Below the pieces are notes generated by a model that searched no databases, had not been told where the DNA came from, and was given only the letters and a program-made list of their open reading frames with translations. Positions 9,371 to 17,559 of a DNA stretch of 64,000 nt are shown here, piece after piece. This stretch comes from Clostridia bacterium (GTDB taxonomy: Bacteria; Bacillota; Clostridia; Christensenellales; UBA1242). Location of the stretch: contig JAZNYK010000007.1 in the NCBI GenBank assembly GCA_045594425.1, forward strand, positions 72,786 through 136,785, in the 5' to 3' direction. A program made the translations under genes and the position numbers. Each line of letters starts with the position of its first letter. The stretch's first letter is position 1.

Positions 9371-11746
9371 TTATCCTCTAACTTCCAAACCATTTTTTGT
9401 TACAAATTCAACAAGGTCTGTTCTAAATTTTTCAATTTCTTCACCTGTTAGAGTGTGGTCAAAACTTGAAAGATTAAATCTTAAAGTTACAGATTTTTTA
9501 TTTCCTAATGTTTCTTTATTTTCATAAATATCAACAAGTTCAAATCCTGATAAAATTCTTGATTTATATTTTGATAAAATCTTTGAAAGTTCTGCATACT
9601 TCATGTTTTCATCTACCAAAATATTATAATCAATTTCAACTGCTTGATATTTTGATACATTTTTAATCTTTTTAGCAAATGCTTTTGTATTTGCAAGTTT
9701 TTCATAATCAACTTCCAAAACAACAACATTAAATCTCTTATCAACCGCCTTTTTAACACTTGGATGAATCACACCCATATATCCATAATCAGCAATTCTT
9801 GACTTAATTCTAAATGAATTCACTGGGTGCAAATATGATGCAGTTTCACCTTCTGAAAGTTCAACATCAACACCAATAATATTTTTTGCAATGTCTGCAA
9901 TTGCTGTTTTCATCTCGGTAAAAAGTTCAAATTCTGATTTCTTTTGACTAGCAAACAAAACCGCTAATCTCTTTTCTTCAATCGAATGATTTTCTTCATC
10001 TAAACCTGAAACAACTCTACCAATTTCAAAAACTCTAACATTTTCATAATTATTTTTATTTTCTTCTAAAGTTCTCACAAGTGTAGGAATCAAAGCACTT
10101 CTAATTCCACTTTGACCAGCATTTGATGAATCTAAAAGTGAAACATAAGATTTCATTTCTATATTATGTTGTTTATTAAATTCTTCATAATTCCAAATAT
10201 AAGAATGAATTTCATTAGCATTGTATTTTTCAGCCAACAACAATTTTGTTGCATATTCATATTCAATTGCAGGTATTGCTTGTTGTGGTTCACAGTCAAA
10301 CATAAGTGTCTTTGGCTTAATGTTATCATAACCATAAAGTCTTGCAACTTCTTCAACCAAATCCTCTTTAATTGAAACATCTTTTGTTGCTCTAAATGAT
10401 GGAACTTCAGCAACAAGTTCACCATCTTTTTCTTTAATTCCAAATTCCAAAGCAGTCAAGGTTTTAACGATAAACTCTTTAGAAATGTCTTCACCAACAA
10501 TTCTTGAAATAAACTCTGGCTTGAAAGCAATTTCAATTTTATCATATTTTTTATGATAGCAGTCACTAAAGCATGATGTAACTTCTGCTTTTTTATCGAT
10601 TTGCTTTAATAAATACAAAATTCTTGAAAGCGCAACAGGTGTTTGTTCTGGGTCGAGTGATTTTTCATATCTTTGTGACGCATCAGTAATCAAACCAATT
10701 GTTCTTGCTGCTTTTCTAATTGTTGCATAATCAAACACAGCCGCTTCAAATAAAACTGAATCTGTATCATCAGAAATACCTGATTTTAAACCACCTTTAA
10801 TACCAGCAATTGCAACGGGGTCTTTATCTTTATCAGAAATAACAAGTGCACCTTCAGGAAGTTTATGTTCTTCACCTTCAAGTGTAAGCATCACTGTGTT
10901 TCCATCTGATTCAATAACATTAATTCCATCAACAATTTTATTATCAAAAGCATGCATTGGAAGACCCACATCAAGCATTACATAGTTAGTAAGGTCTGCA
11001 AGCAAATTAATATCTCTCATTCCTGCATAAATAAGTCTAATTGCCATTTCTCTTGGAGATTTTTTTGCTTCAATATTTTTAACAGAAATTGAAGAATAAC
11101 GATAACAATTATCTGTGTGAATAGCAACAGGAATCTTTGGCAAACTGTCATACTTGCTCAAATCATCAGTAGGCATTTTCTTAAGTTTTCTATCAAAAAT
11201 CGCTGCAAATTCACGAGCAATTCCATAATGACCCCAAAGGTCAGGTCTATTAGTAAGTGATTTGTTATCAATTTCTAAAACAACGTCATCAACTGGCCAA
11301 ACTTCTTTAATATCTTGACCAATCACAACTTCTTCTTTTATATCCATGATGCCTTCATCATCAGCACCAATTCCAAGTTCTGATTCTGCACAGCACATAC
11401 CATAAGACTCAACACCCGCAAGTTTTCCAACTTTAATCTTACCAGCACAAACACTTCCACCAACTTTACAAACCGCAGTAACCATTCCCTCATAAACATT
11501 TGGAGCACCACAAACAATTTGCAATTGTTCTGAACCAACATCAACTTTCAAAATATGCAAGTGATTTGATTCTGGATGATTTTTAACTTCTAAAACCTTT
11601 CCAAAAACAACATCTTTAATATCAGCACCTTTATATTCAACATCTTCAATTTCAGCAGTTGAAAGATTGAATCTCTTAACAAGTTCATCAACTTCAATGC
11701 CAGATAAATCAACGTAATCTTTTATCCAATTAATCGAAACTTTCAT
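9371..11746 (-). CDS. pheT: Phenylalanine--tRNA ligase beta subunit
   Basis: 791 aa with the MKVSINWIKDY N-terminus and tRNA-binding, B3/4, B5 and FDX-ACB order typical of PheT. GGAGAA SD. Confidence 0.95.
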   Translation of the reverse strand: MKVSINWIKDYVDLSGIEVDELVKRFNLSTAEIEDVEYKGADIKDVVFGKVLEVKNHPESNHLHILKVDVGSEQLQIVCGAPNVYEGMVTAVCKVGGSVCAGKIKVGKLAGVESYGMCCAESELGIGADDEGIMDIKEEVVIGQDIKEVWPVDDVVLEIDNKSLTNRPDLWGHYGIAREFAAIFDRKLKKMPTDDLSKYDSLPKIPVAIHTDNCYRYSSISVKNIEAKKSPREMAIRLIYAGMRDINLLADLTNYVMLDVGLPMHAFDNKIVDGINVIESDGNTVMLTLEGEEHKLPEGALVISDKDKDPVAIAGIKGGLKSGISDDTDSVLFEAAVFDYATIRKAARTIGLITDASQRYEKSLDPEQTPVALSRILYLLKQIDKKAEVTSCFSDCYHKKYDKIEIAFKPEFISRIVGEDISKEFIVKTLTALEFGIKEKDGELVAEVPSFRATKDVSIKEDLVEEVARLYGYDNIKPKTLMFDCEPQQAIPAIEYEYATKLLLAEKYNANEIHSYIWNYEEFNKQHNIEMKSYVSLLDSSNAGQSGIRSALIPTLVRTLEENKNNYENVRVFEIGRVVSGLDEENHSIEEKRLAVLFASQKKSEFELFTEMKTAIADIAKNIIGVDVELSEGETASYLHPVNSFRIKSRIADYGYMGVIHPSVKKAVDKRFNVVVLEVDYEKLANTKAFAKKIKNVSKYQAVEIDYNILVDENMKYAELSKILSKYKSRILSGFELVDIYENKETLGNKKSVTLRFNLSSFDHTLTGEEIEKFRTDLVEFVTKNGLEVRG

Positions 11747-11757
11747 CTTTCTTCTCC

Positions 11758-12792
11758 TTACATTTTAGTCTTAAATTGACTCATAACCTTTAAATTATTA
11801 CTGTTCAAATAACGAATGTCATCAAGTCCTGTTCTAATCATAACAAGTCTATCAAATCCAAGACCAAACGCAAAACCATTATATTCTTCTGGGTCAATAC
11901 CAGCCATTCTCAAAACGTTTGGATGAATCATACCACATGGGCAAAGTTCAATCCAACCAGACTTTCCACAAGTGTTGCAACCCTTTCCTCCACAGAATGG
12001 ACACTTTGCATCCATTTCATAACTTGGTTCTGTAAATGGGAAGAATCCAGGACGAAGTCTAACATCAATGTCTTTCTTAAAAAGTGCTTTAAGCATTGCT
12101 TTTTCAAAATAAATAAGGTTAGCAACTGTAATATTCTTTCCAACAACAACACCTTCAACTTGGAAGAATGTGTTTTCATGTCTTGCATCAAGTTGTTCAT
12201 TTCTAAAACATCTTCCTGGGAACAACACCTTGCAAACAGGTCCATATGTTCTAAGTATTCTGTTTTGAGCAGCAGATGTTTGAGTTTTTAAAACTTCGCC
12301 ATTGTCAAGCCAGAATGTATCTTGCATATCACGTGCTGGATGGTTTTTTGGAACGTTTACTGATTCAAAGTTATTATATTCTGTTTCAACTTCTCTGCCA
12401 TCTTCAATAACAAATCCCATATCTTTAAAAATATCAACAACTTGTTTTTGAATAATTGTTCTTGGGTTAAGCGAACCAGTTTTTGTGTCAATTGGAAGCG
12501 AATAGTCAAATTGTCTTGTAGCCTTAATTTCAGCATCAATTGCTTTTTGTGCAAGGTCTACTTTAATCTCATCAATAGATGCTTCAATTTTAGATTTTAA
12601 AGCATTTACCTTTTGACCAAACTCTTTCTTTTGTTCTGCTGGCACTTCTCTAAATTTTGACATTATGTCAGCAACCAAACCCTTTTTACCCAAATATTTC
12701 AATCTGAGCGATTCTAATTCTTGAAGATTAGAAACATTTTTCGAATCTTCATCATATTGTTTTTCAACATCACTAACAATACTTAATTCCAT
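11758..12792 (-). CDS. pheS: Phenylalanine--tRNA ligase alpha subunit
   Basis: Class II motifs (HPARDMQDTF, FPGRCFRNE, GFAFGLGFDRL). GGAGA SD. Confidence 0.95.
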   Translation of the reverse strand: MELSIVSDVEKQYDEDSKNVSNLQELESLRLKYLGKKGLVADIMSKFREVPAEQKKEFGQKVNALKSKIEASIDEIKVDLAQKAIDAEIKATRQFDYSLPIDTKTGSLNPRTIIQKQVVDIFKDMGFVIEDGREVETEYNNFESVNVPKNHPARDMQDTFWLDNGEVLKTQTSAAQNRILRTYGPVCKVLFPGRCFRNEQLDARHENTFFQVEGVVVGKNITVANLIYFEKAMLKALFKKDIDVRLRPGFFPFTEPSYEMDAKCPFCGGKGCNTCGKSGWIELCPCGMIHPNVLRMAGIDPEEYNGFAFGLGFDRLVMIRTGLDDIRYLNSNNLKVMSQFKTKM

Positions 12793-12852
12793 TTTTCTCT
12801 CCTAAATTTTATTTTTGTGCATTTTAAGGATTGTTGCAAAGTTTTTTATTTT

Positions 12853-13108
12853 AGAAAAGAAAAAGCCTTGCAGTCCTTAACTTAAGGACGCAAGACTTAC
12901 ATTTGCGTGGTACCACCTTAATTCATGAACAAATTTGTTCACCTTATTTTGCTTTAACGATAGCACAAATCGAGATATATTTCTACATCCTGCTCCAGTG
13001 CCGAAATTCATTTTTGCTTCCCAGTATTTTGCTCTCAGCCTACGGCAAAACTCTCTTTCACTTTTTCACAAAAACTACTAAATCACCTTCATAGCATTTA
13101 TAAAAACT
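12853..13108 (-). promoter_or_regulatory. T-box riboswitch leader of pheST (Phe-specific candidate)
   Basis: The minus strand reads AATTAAGGTGGTACCACGC (conserved T-box sequence, about 12905-12922). A terminator hairpin GUCUUGCGUCCUUAA/UUAAGGACUGCAAGGC plus U-run follows (12853-12898). An AGAGAG stem-I element lies near 13052-13057. The candidate UUC specifier is at 13003-13005. Confidence 0.85.
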
Positions 13109-13114
13109 GATTGT

Positions 13115-13143
13115 AGTCTAACACAATTAGAACCTTTTGTCAA
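13115..13143 (-). promoter_or_regulatory. Sigma-A promoter of the pheST T-box leader (TTGACA-17-TAGACT)
   Basis: The minus strand reads TTGACA (13143-13138), a 17-nt spacer, then TAGACT (13120-13115). Confidence 0.65.
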
Positions 13144-13166
13144 CAACTTTAAAAAAGTTAAAAGTC

Positions 13167-13460
13167 CTAAAATTCAATGTGTTTAATGCCTTGTTTGTTT
13201 GATTTTCTATAAAGCACAAACTTTCTTCCAATTGAACATACTTGTTCGGCTTTCAAGTTAAAACTTGCAATTTGCAAATATTCTTTTGCAGTTGAATCAG
13301 CGCCTTCTAAAACAGAAACTTTAACAAGTTCTCTTGCATTAAGTTCTCTATCAATTTGAGCAAGCACGGTTTCAGTTAAACCTTCTTTACCAACGATTGT
13401 TGTTGCATCAACATTACTTGCCAAACTTCTCAATTTTGCTCTTTGTTTAGAATTTAACAT
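13167..13460 (-). CDS. yhbY: YhbY/YqeI-type CRM-domain RNA-binding protein
   Basis: MLNSKQRAKLRSLA...ELVKVSVL matches the YhbY family. The second ATG (13460, GGAGAA SD) fits homolog N-termini. An upstream ATG at 13472 overlaps the obg stop. Confidence 0.8.
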   Translation of the reverse strand: MLNSKQRAKLRSLASNVDATTIVGKEGLTETVLAQIDRELNARELVKVSVLEGADSTAKEYLQIASFNLKAEQVCSIGRKFVLYRKSNKQGIKHIEF

Positions 13461-13471
13461 ATATTTCTCCA

Positions 13472-14746
13472 TTATTCCTTAATTTCAAATTCAATATCTT
13501 TAATTCTGATGGTTGAATTTTCATCTGCACCCATCTTTTTTAACTCTTTAATAATACCCTTGTCTTTAAGTGTTTTTTGGAAATATGAGAATGATTGAAA
13601 ATCACTCAACACAACACCACGAACAAGTTCATCAATAAATCCACCAACAACTTCATAAGCCCCATCTTCTGCAATGATAATTTCATATTTGTTTGGATTT
13701 GGTCTTTCATAAACAAATGGGTCAAACTCAAGTTTTTGTTTTGGTGGAAGTGTGTTTAATAAATCAATTGTCTTCTTTAAAAGTTCATCCAAATTATTAT
13801 TTGAAACAGCCGAAACTTCAACAACCTCATATTTCTTTTTAAGTTTTGAAAGTTTAGATTTAAAATTAGAAATTTTCTTTGGGTCATCAACCAAATCAAT
13901 TTTATTCAAAACAACAATTTGAGGTAGATTTTCAACTTCGTTACCATATTTTTTAAGTTCATTGTTAACAATCTTAAAATCTTCATAAGGGTCACGGTCT
14001 TCACTTCCAGACACATCAACAACGTGCAACAAAATTCTGGTTCTTTCAATATGTCTCAAGAAATAATGTCCCAAACCAACCCCTTCACTAGCACCTTCGA
14101 TAAGTCCTGGAATATCCGCCAAAACAAACGACTTGTCTGCAAATTTACAAACACCAATATTTGGAGCAAGCGTTGTAAAGTGATAGTTCGCAATCTTTGG
14201 TTTCGCATTTGTAAGCATAGACAAAATTGTGCTTTTTCCAACATTAGGAAACCCAATCAAACCAACATCCGCAATTGTTTTAAGTTCCAAAATAACTTCT
14301 TTTTCTTCACAAAGTTGACCTGTTTGTGAAAATGATGGACGTTGTCTTGTTGAAGATTTAAATCTAGCATTTCCAAGACCTCCAAGTCCACCCTTCAAAA
14401 CAACAATTTCACTTTTGTCTTCAAACATATCAGCAATAATGCGGTCAGTTTCATTGTCACGAATAACCGTTCCACATGGAACTTTTATAATAAGGTCTTG
14501 ACCATTTTTACCTCGCATACATTTACTTCCGCCATTGGTTCCATTTTCGGCTCTAAAGTGCTTTGTAAATCTAAAATCAACCAAACTATCAATTCCACGA
14601 TCAGCAACAAACACTATGTTTCCACCATGTCCACCATCACCACCGTCTGGTCCACCTTTCTCAACATATTTTTCTGTATGGAAACTGGTTTTACCATTAC
14701 CACCATCACCTGCTTTAATAAAAATTTTAACTCTATCTAAATACAT
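13472..14746 (-). CDS. obg: GTPase Obg/CgtA
   Basis: MYLDRVKIFIKAGDGGNG Obg fold, G-domain motifs GFPNVGKST and DIPGLIEGA, and a C-terminal OCT-like domain. Confidence 0.95.
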   Translation of the reverse strand: MYLDRVKIFIKAGDGGNGKTSFHTEKYVEKGGPDGGDGGHGGNIVFVADRGIDSLVDFRFTKHFRAENGTNGGSKCMRGKNGQDLIIKVPCGTVIRDNETDRIIADMFEDKSEIVVLKGGLGGLGNARFKSSTRQRPSFSQTGQLCEEKEVILELKTIADVGLIGFPNVGKSTILSMLTNAKPKIANYHFTTLAPNIGVCKFADKSFVLADIPGLIEGASEGVGLGHYFLRHIERTRILLHVVDVSGSEDRDPYEDFKIVNNELKKYGNEVENLPQIVVLNKIDLVDDPKKISNFKSKLSKLKKKYEVVEVSAVSNNNLDELLKKTIDLLNTLPPKQKLEFDPFVYERPNPNKYEIIIAEDGAYEVVGGFIDELVRGVVLSDFQSFSYFQKTLKDKGIIKELKKMGADENSTIRIKDIEFEIKE

Positions 14747-14754
14747 AATATCTC

Positions 14755-15384
14755 CTATTTTTTTGAGTTATAAAATTTGCAATATTCTTTAAGTTCACAA
14801 CCCTCACACAAAGGACGTTGTGCCTTGCAAACATATCTTCCATGAAGAACCAATGAATAATGAAATTTTATCCATTTATCTTTAGGCAAATTCTTTTCTA
14901 AGTTTTTTTGAGTTCCTTCCACTGTTTTGCTAGATGCAAGACCCAATCTGTTAGACACTCTAAAAACGTGAGTATCAACAGCAATGGCTGGTTCTCCAAA
15001 TGCTGTTGCCAAAACCACATTAGCAGTCTTTTCACCAACTCCAGCAAGTTTTTTTAGTTCAGTCTTTTTTGAAGGAATCTTTCCTTCATATTTTTCAACC
15101 AAATCTCTAGAACACTCCAAAATATGCTTTGCCTTATTATGAAAAAAGCCACAAGTACGAATCTTTTTTTCGAGTTCAACTTGTGACAAAGTAATCATCT
15201 TTTCTGGTGTGTTAAATTCTTTAAAAAGTTCCTTTGTTACAGCATTAACTCTTTTGTCTGTGCATTGAGCAGAAAGTATAACCGCAATCAAAAGTTCATA
15301 GTCAGAATTAAACACAAGTTCACATTTTGGATTAGGATAAAGTTCATCAACTTTTCTAATTATATCCAAAATATTTTTTTTCAT
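14755..15384 (-). CDS. nth: Endonuclease III
   Basis: HhH-GPD motif (LAGVGEKTANVVL...VDTHV) and a C-terminal CxxxxxxCxxCxxxxxC Fe-S cluster loop. Confidence 0.9.
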   Translation of the reverse strand: MKKNILDIIRKVDELYPNPKCELVFNSDYELLIAVILSAQCTDKRVNAVTKELFKEFNTPEKMITLSQVELEKKIRTCGFFHNKAKHILECSRDLVEKYEGKIPSKKTELKKLAGVGEKTANVVLATAFGEPAIAVDTHVFRVSNRLGLASSKTVEGTQKNLEKNLPKDKWIKFHYSLVLHGRYVCKAQRPLCEGCELKEYCKFYNSKK

Positions 15385-15797
15385 TATTTGCGTCCCAACC
15401 TTTCAGTCATTTTGTCGTAAACAATAGTTAATAATTTAAAAGACATTGCCTCTTCAAAATTTCTGATATTAAGCCCTGTAATTTTATGAATCTTCTCAAT
15501 TCTATAAAGCAACGTATTTCTATGCAAAAATGCATTACGGCTTGTTTCTGAAATATTAAGATTATTCTTAAAAAAGGCATTAATACACTCAATAAGTTCT
15601 TTATCTCTCATAACAGAAACAATTTCTGGAGTTAAAAATTTTTCAGAAATTGAAGCCTGTTCATCAGGGTTCAAGCAACCCATAACAGACTTGCAAAACG
15701 CTGAAAACAAAGAGTCCTTTGCATGAGATGTTTTTGACTTTTTTTCTTCTTTGCCATTTTGATTTAAGTTATTTTGTTTTCCTGATAGATAATCCAT
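15384..15797 (-). CDS. Small PucR-C-type helix-turn-helix protein
   Basis: The C-terminal NISETSRNAFLHRNTLLYRIEKIHKITGLN resembles the PucR/CdaR C-terminal HTH. AGGAG SD. Its stop overlaps the nth start (ATGA). Confidence 0.5.
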   Translation of the reverse strand: MDYLSGKQNNLNQNGKEEKKSKTSHAKDSLFSAFCKSVMGCLNPDEQASISEKFLTPEIVSVMRDKELIECINAFFKNNLNISETSRNAFLHRNTLLYRIEKIHKITGLNIRNFEEAMSFKLLTIVYDKMTERLGRK

Positions 15798-15882
15798 AGA
15801 AATCTCCTTACCTTATATCGGTGCTAATTATATCAAATATTTTTGAAGATTTCAATAACTTTGTGCATTTTGTCCAAAAATT

Positions 15883-16887
15883 TTAAATTACCCTGCTTCT
15901 ATCCACTGCAGAAAACAACCATAATGTCTTGTTTTTTAAGCGTTTGTTAAACTCCGCATTATTATCTTGGTCAAATGATTGATTTTTCTCAAAACACAAA
16001 AAAGCATCCTCTGTTTCATTATCAACAAGCGACATCATTGATAGTTTATCGTAAAACATTTTATCAAACTTAAGCATAACATTATTTTCACCAACATAAA
16101 AATACGAGCCATCTTGCCTTGCCACATAGCCAGACAAAATTTCATATTCATTTGAGAAACTTAAAACATCAAAATTTGTTTTCTTTTCAAAAAACTCATC
16201 AAAAGAATCATACTCATATGCTTTCGAAAATGACAAATAAACAATTTTGTTAAAACGCAAATCTTTAAAACCCTCATAGTTGTCTTTTATTGTTTTGTTT
16301 TCAGCAACCGCAATTACAACCAAATTTTCGTTAAAAAACAACTTATACAAAAGTTTAATATCATCAACCTCATTTTCATCAAGCCCAACAAACTGGTCAT
16401 CCAAAAACAACACTTCTGGTTTTTTTATCCAAGCACGAAGCATTGCTAATTTTCGTTTTTCACAAAGCGTTAATTTCTTTATTTTTTCGTCAATTTGCTT
16501 ATTTATCAAAAACTTATCAAGCAATTCTTTCTTTTTTTCTTGAGAAAATTTTTCAATTCCTTCAACTTCACATAAATAATCAATATTTTTATTTATTGTA
16601 GAGTCTAAAAGCACAGGCTCAGAAAACAAAACAGAAAATCTTTTTTCATTATCGCTATATTTTTTCAAATCTTTGCCCTTATAAAAAATCTGCCCAATAT
16701 ATGTTTCATCAAAAGACGATAACGCTTTTATCATCGTAGTCTTGCCAGACTCCTCAACTCCTAAAAGCAAAACTTTTTCATTTTCATAAACAACAAACGA
16801 AGCATCATTTATGCACAGTGGTTTTTTGTAATAAGCAAAGCATAAATTTCTAATATCCAATATCTTTTTTAAACGTTTCTTTTCCAT
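15883..16887 (-). CDS. Orphan ABC-type ATPase homolog with degenerate catalytic motifs and a C-terminal extra domain
   Basis: Walker A GVEESGKT. The signature position reads LTLCEKRK, Walker B reads LFLDDQ, and no H-loop His is seen. No permease is adjacent. Start taken at ATG 16887. Confidence 0.6.
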   Translation of the reverse strand: MEKKRLKKILDIRNLCFAYYKKPLCINDASFVVYENEKVLLLGVEESGKTTMIKALSSFDETYIGQIFYKGKDLKKYSDNEKRFSVLFSEPVLLDSTINKNIDYLCEVEGIEKFSQEKKKELLDKFLINKQIDEKIKKLTLCEKRKLAMLRAWIKKPEVLFLDDQFVGLDENEVDDIKLLYKLFFNENLVVIAVAENKTIKDNYEGFKDLRFNKIVYLSFSKAYEYDSFDEFFEKKTNFDVLSFSNEYEILSGYVARQDGSYFYVGENNVMLKFDKMFYDKLSMMSLVDNETEDAFLCFEKNQSFDQDNNAEFNKRLKNKTLWLFSAVDRSRVI

Positions 16888-16899
16888 AAACAAATTATA
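16887..16899 (-). promoter_or_regulatory. Extended -10 (TGtTATAAT) placed 6 nt from ATG: candidate leaderless start
   Basis: The minus strand reads TGTTATAAT-TTGTTT-ATG, with TATAAT at 16899-16894 and ATG at 16887. No SD. Confidence 0.45.
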
Positions 16900-16921
16900 A
16901 CATATCAAAAATAATATTCAA

Positions 16922-16951
16922 ATAAAAAAGACACACCTAAAAAGGCGTGCC
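16922..16951 (-). terminator. Rho-independent terminator after hpf
   Basis: Minus-strand hairpin GGCACGCCU/AGGUGUGUC (with G-U pairs) followed by UUUUUUAUUU. Confidence 0.55.
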
Positions 16952-16963
16952 TTAATTAACAAA

Positions 16964-17491
16964 TTATCTTGTTTTAATCAAACCGTAGTTACCATCATCT
17001 CTCTTGTAAAGAACATTAACAAGTCCAGTTTGATTATCTCTATAAATATAGAAATCATTTCCAATAAGTTCCAATTGGTCAATTGCTTGTTCTTCAGAAA
17101 TCAAATCAAGTTCAAAATCTTTAACTTTAACAATTTTAGCAGCCTCAATTTGTGGAACAGCATCAAAGAACAACAAATCCATTGGGTCAACACCTTTAAC
17201 ACTGTCTTTAACCTTTCCTGCAATTCTAACAATTTGTCTTTCAATTTTAGCAAGTGCAGTATCAAGGTTAGCATACATATTGTCAGATTCAACTTCACTT
17301 CTTACAAACAAATTTTTATCTTTAATAGAAATTTCCATCTTATATCTTTCTTGACTGCCAGATTTAGACAAAACAACTTTAGCGTTTGCACCAGCATCAA
17401 GATATTTTTCAAACCTAGTAACCTTTTTTTCAATAAGGTCAGTAAGTTTTTCCTTAGCAACATAATTTCTTTGAACAATTTCAATCTTCAT
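16964..17491 (-). CDS. hpf: Ribosome hibernation promoting factor, long form
   Basis: MKIEIVQRNY...KKVTRFEKYL N-domain plus a C-terminal dimerisation domain. ATG 17491 follows a GGAGGT SD. Confidence 0.9.
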   Translation of the reverse strand: MKIEIVQRNYVAKEKLTDLIEKKVTRFEKYLDAGANAKVVLSKSGSQERYKMEISIKDKNLFVRSEVESDNMYANLDTALAKIERQIVRIAGKVKDSVKGVDPMDLLFFDAVPQIEAAKIVKVKDFELDLISEEQAIDQLELIGNDFYIYRDNQTGLVNVLYKRDDGNYGLIKTR

Positions 17492-17559
17492 AACATTTAC
17501 CTCCATACTTGTTCTACTTAAATTATAAACTATGTTTAATAATTTTCAAAATGTTTTAA

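Noticed and set aside
12903-13094. 63-aa plus-strand ORF upstream of pheS.
   Set aside because: It sits inside the T-box leader on the opposite strand, and the conserved T-box core and terminator explain the sequence.
17030-17521. 163-aa plus-strand ORF antisense to hpf. Similar antisense ORFs occur at 38535-39059, 44545-44961, 59898-60365, 50138-50572 and 6150-6452.
   Set aside because: All lie within well-supported minus-strand genes. They have extreme F/I/N/K low-complexity composition typical of AT-rich shadow frames, and they lack SD sequences.
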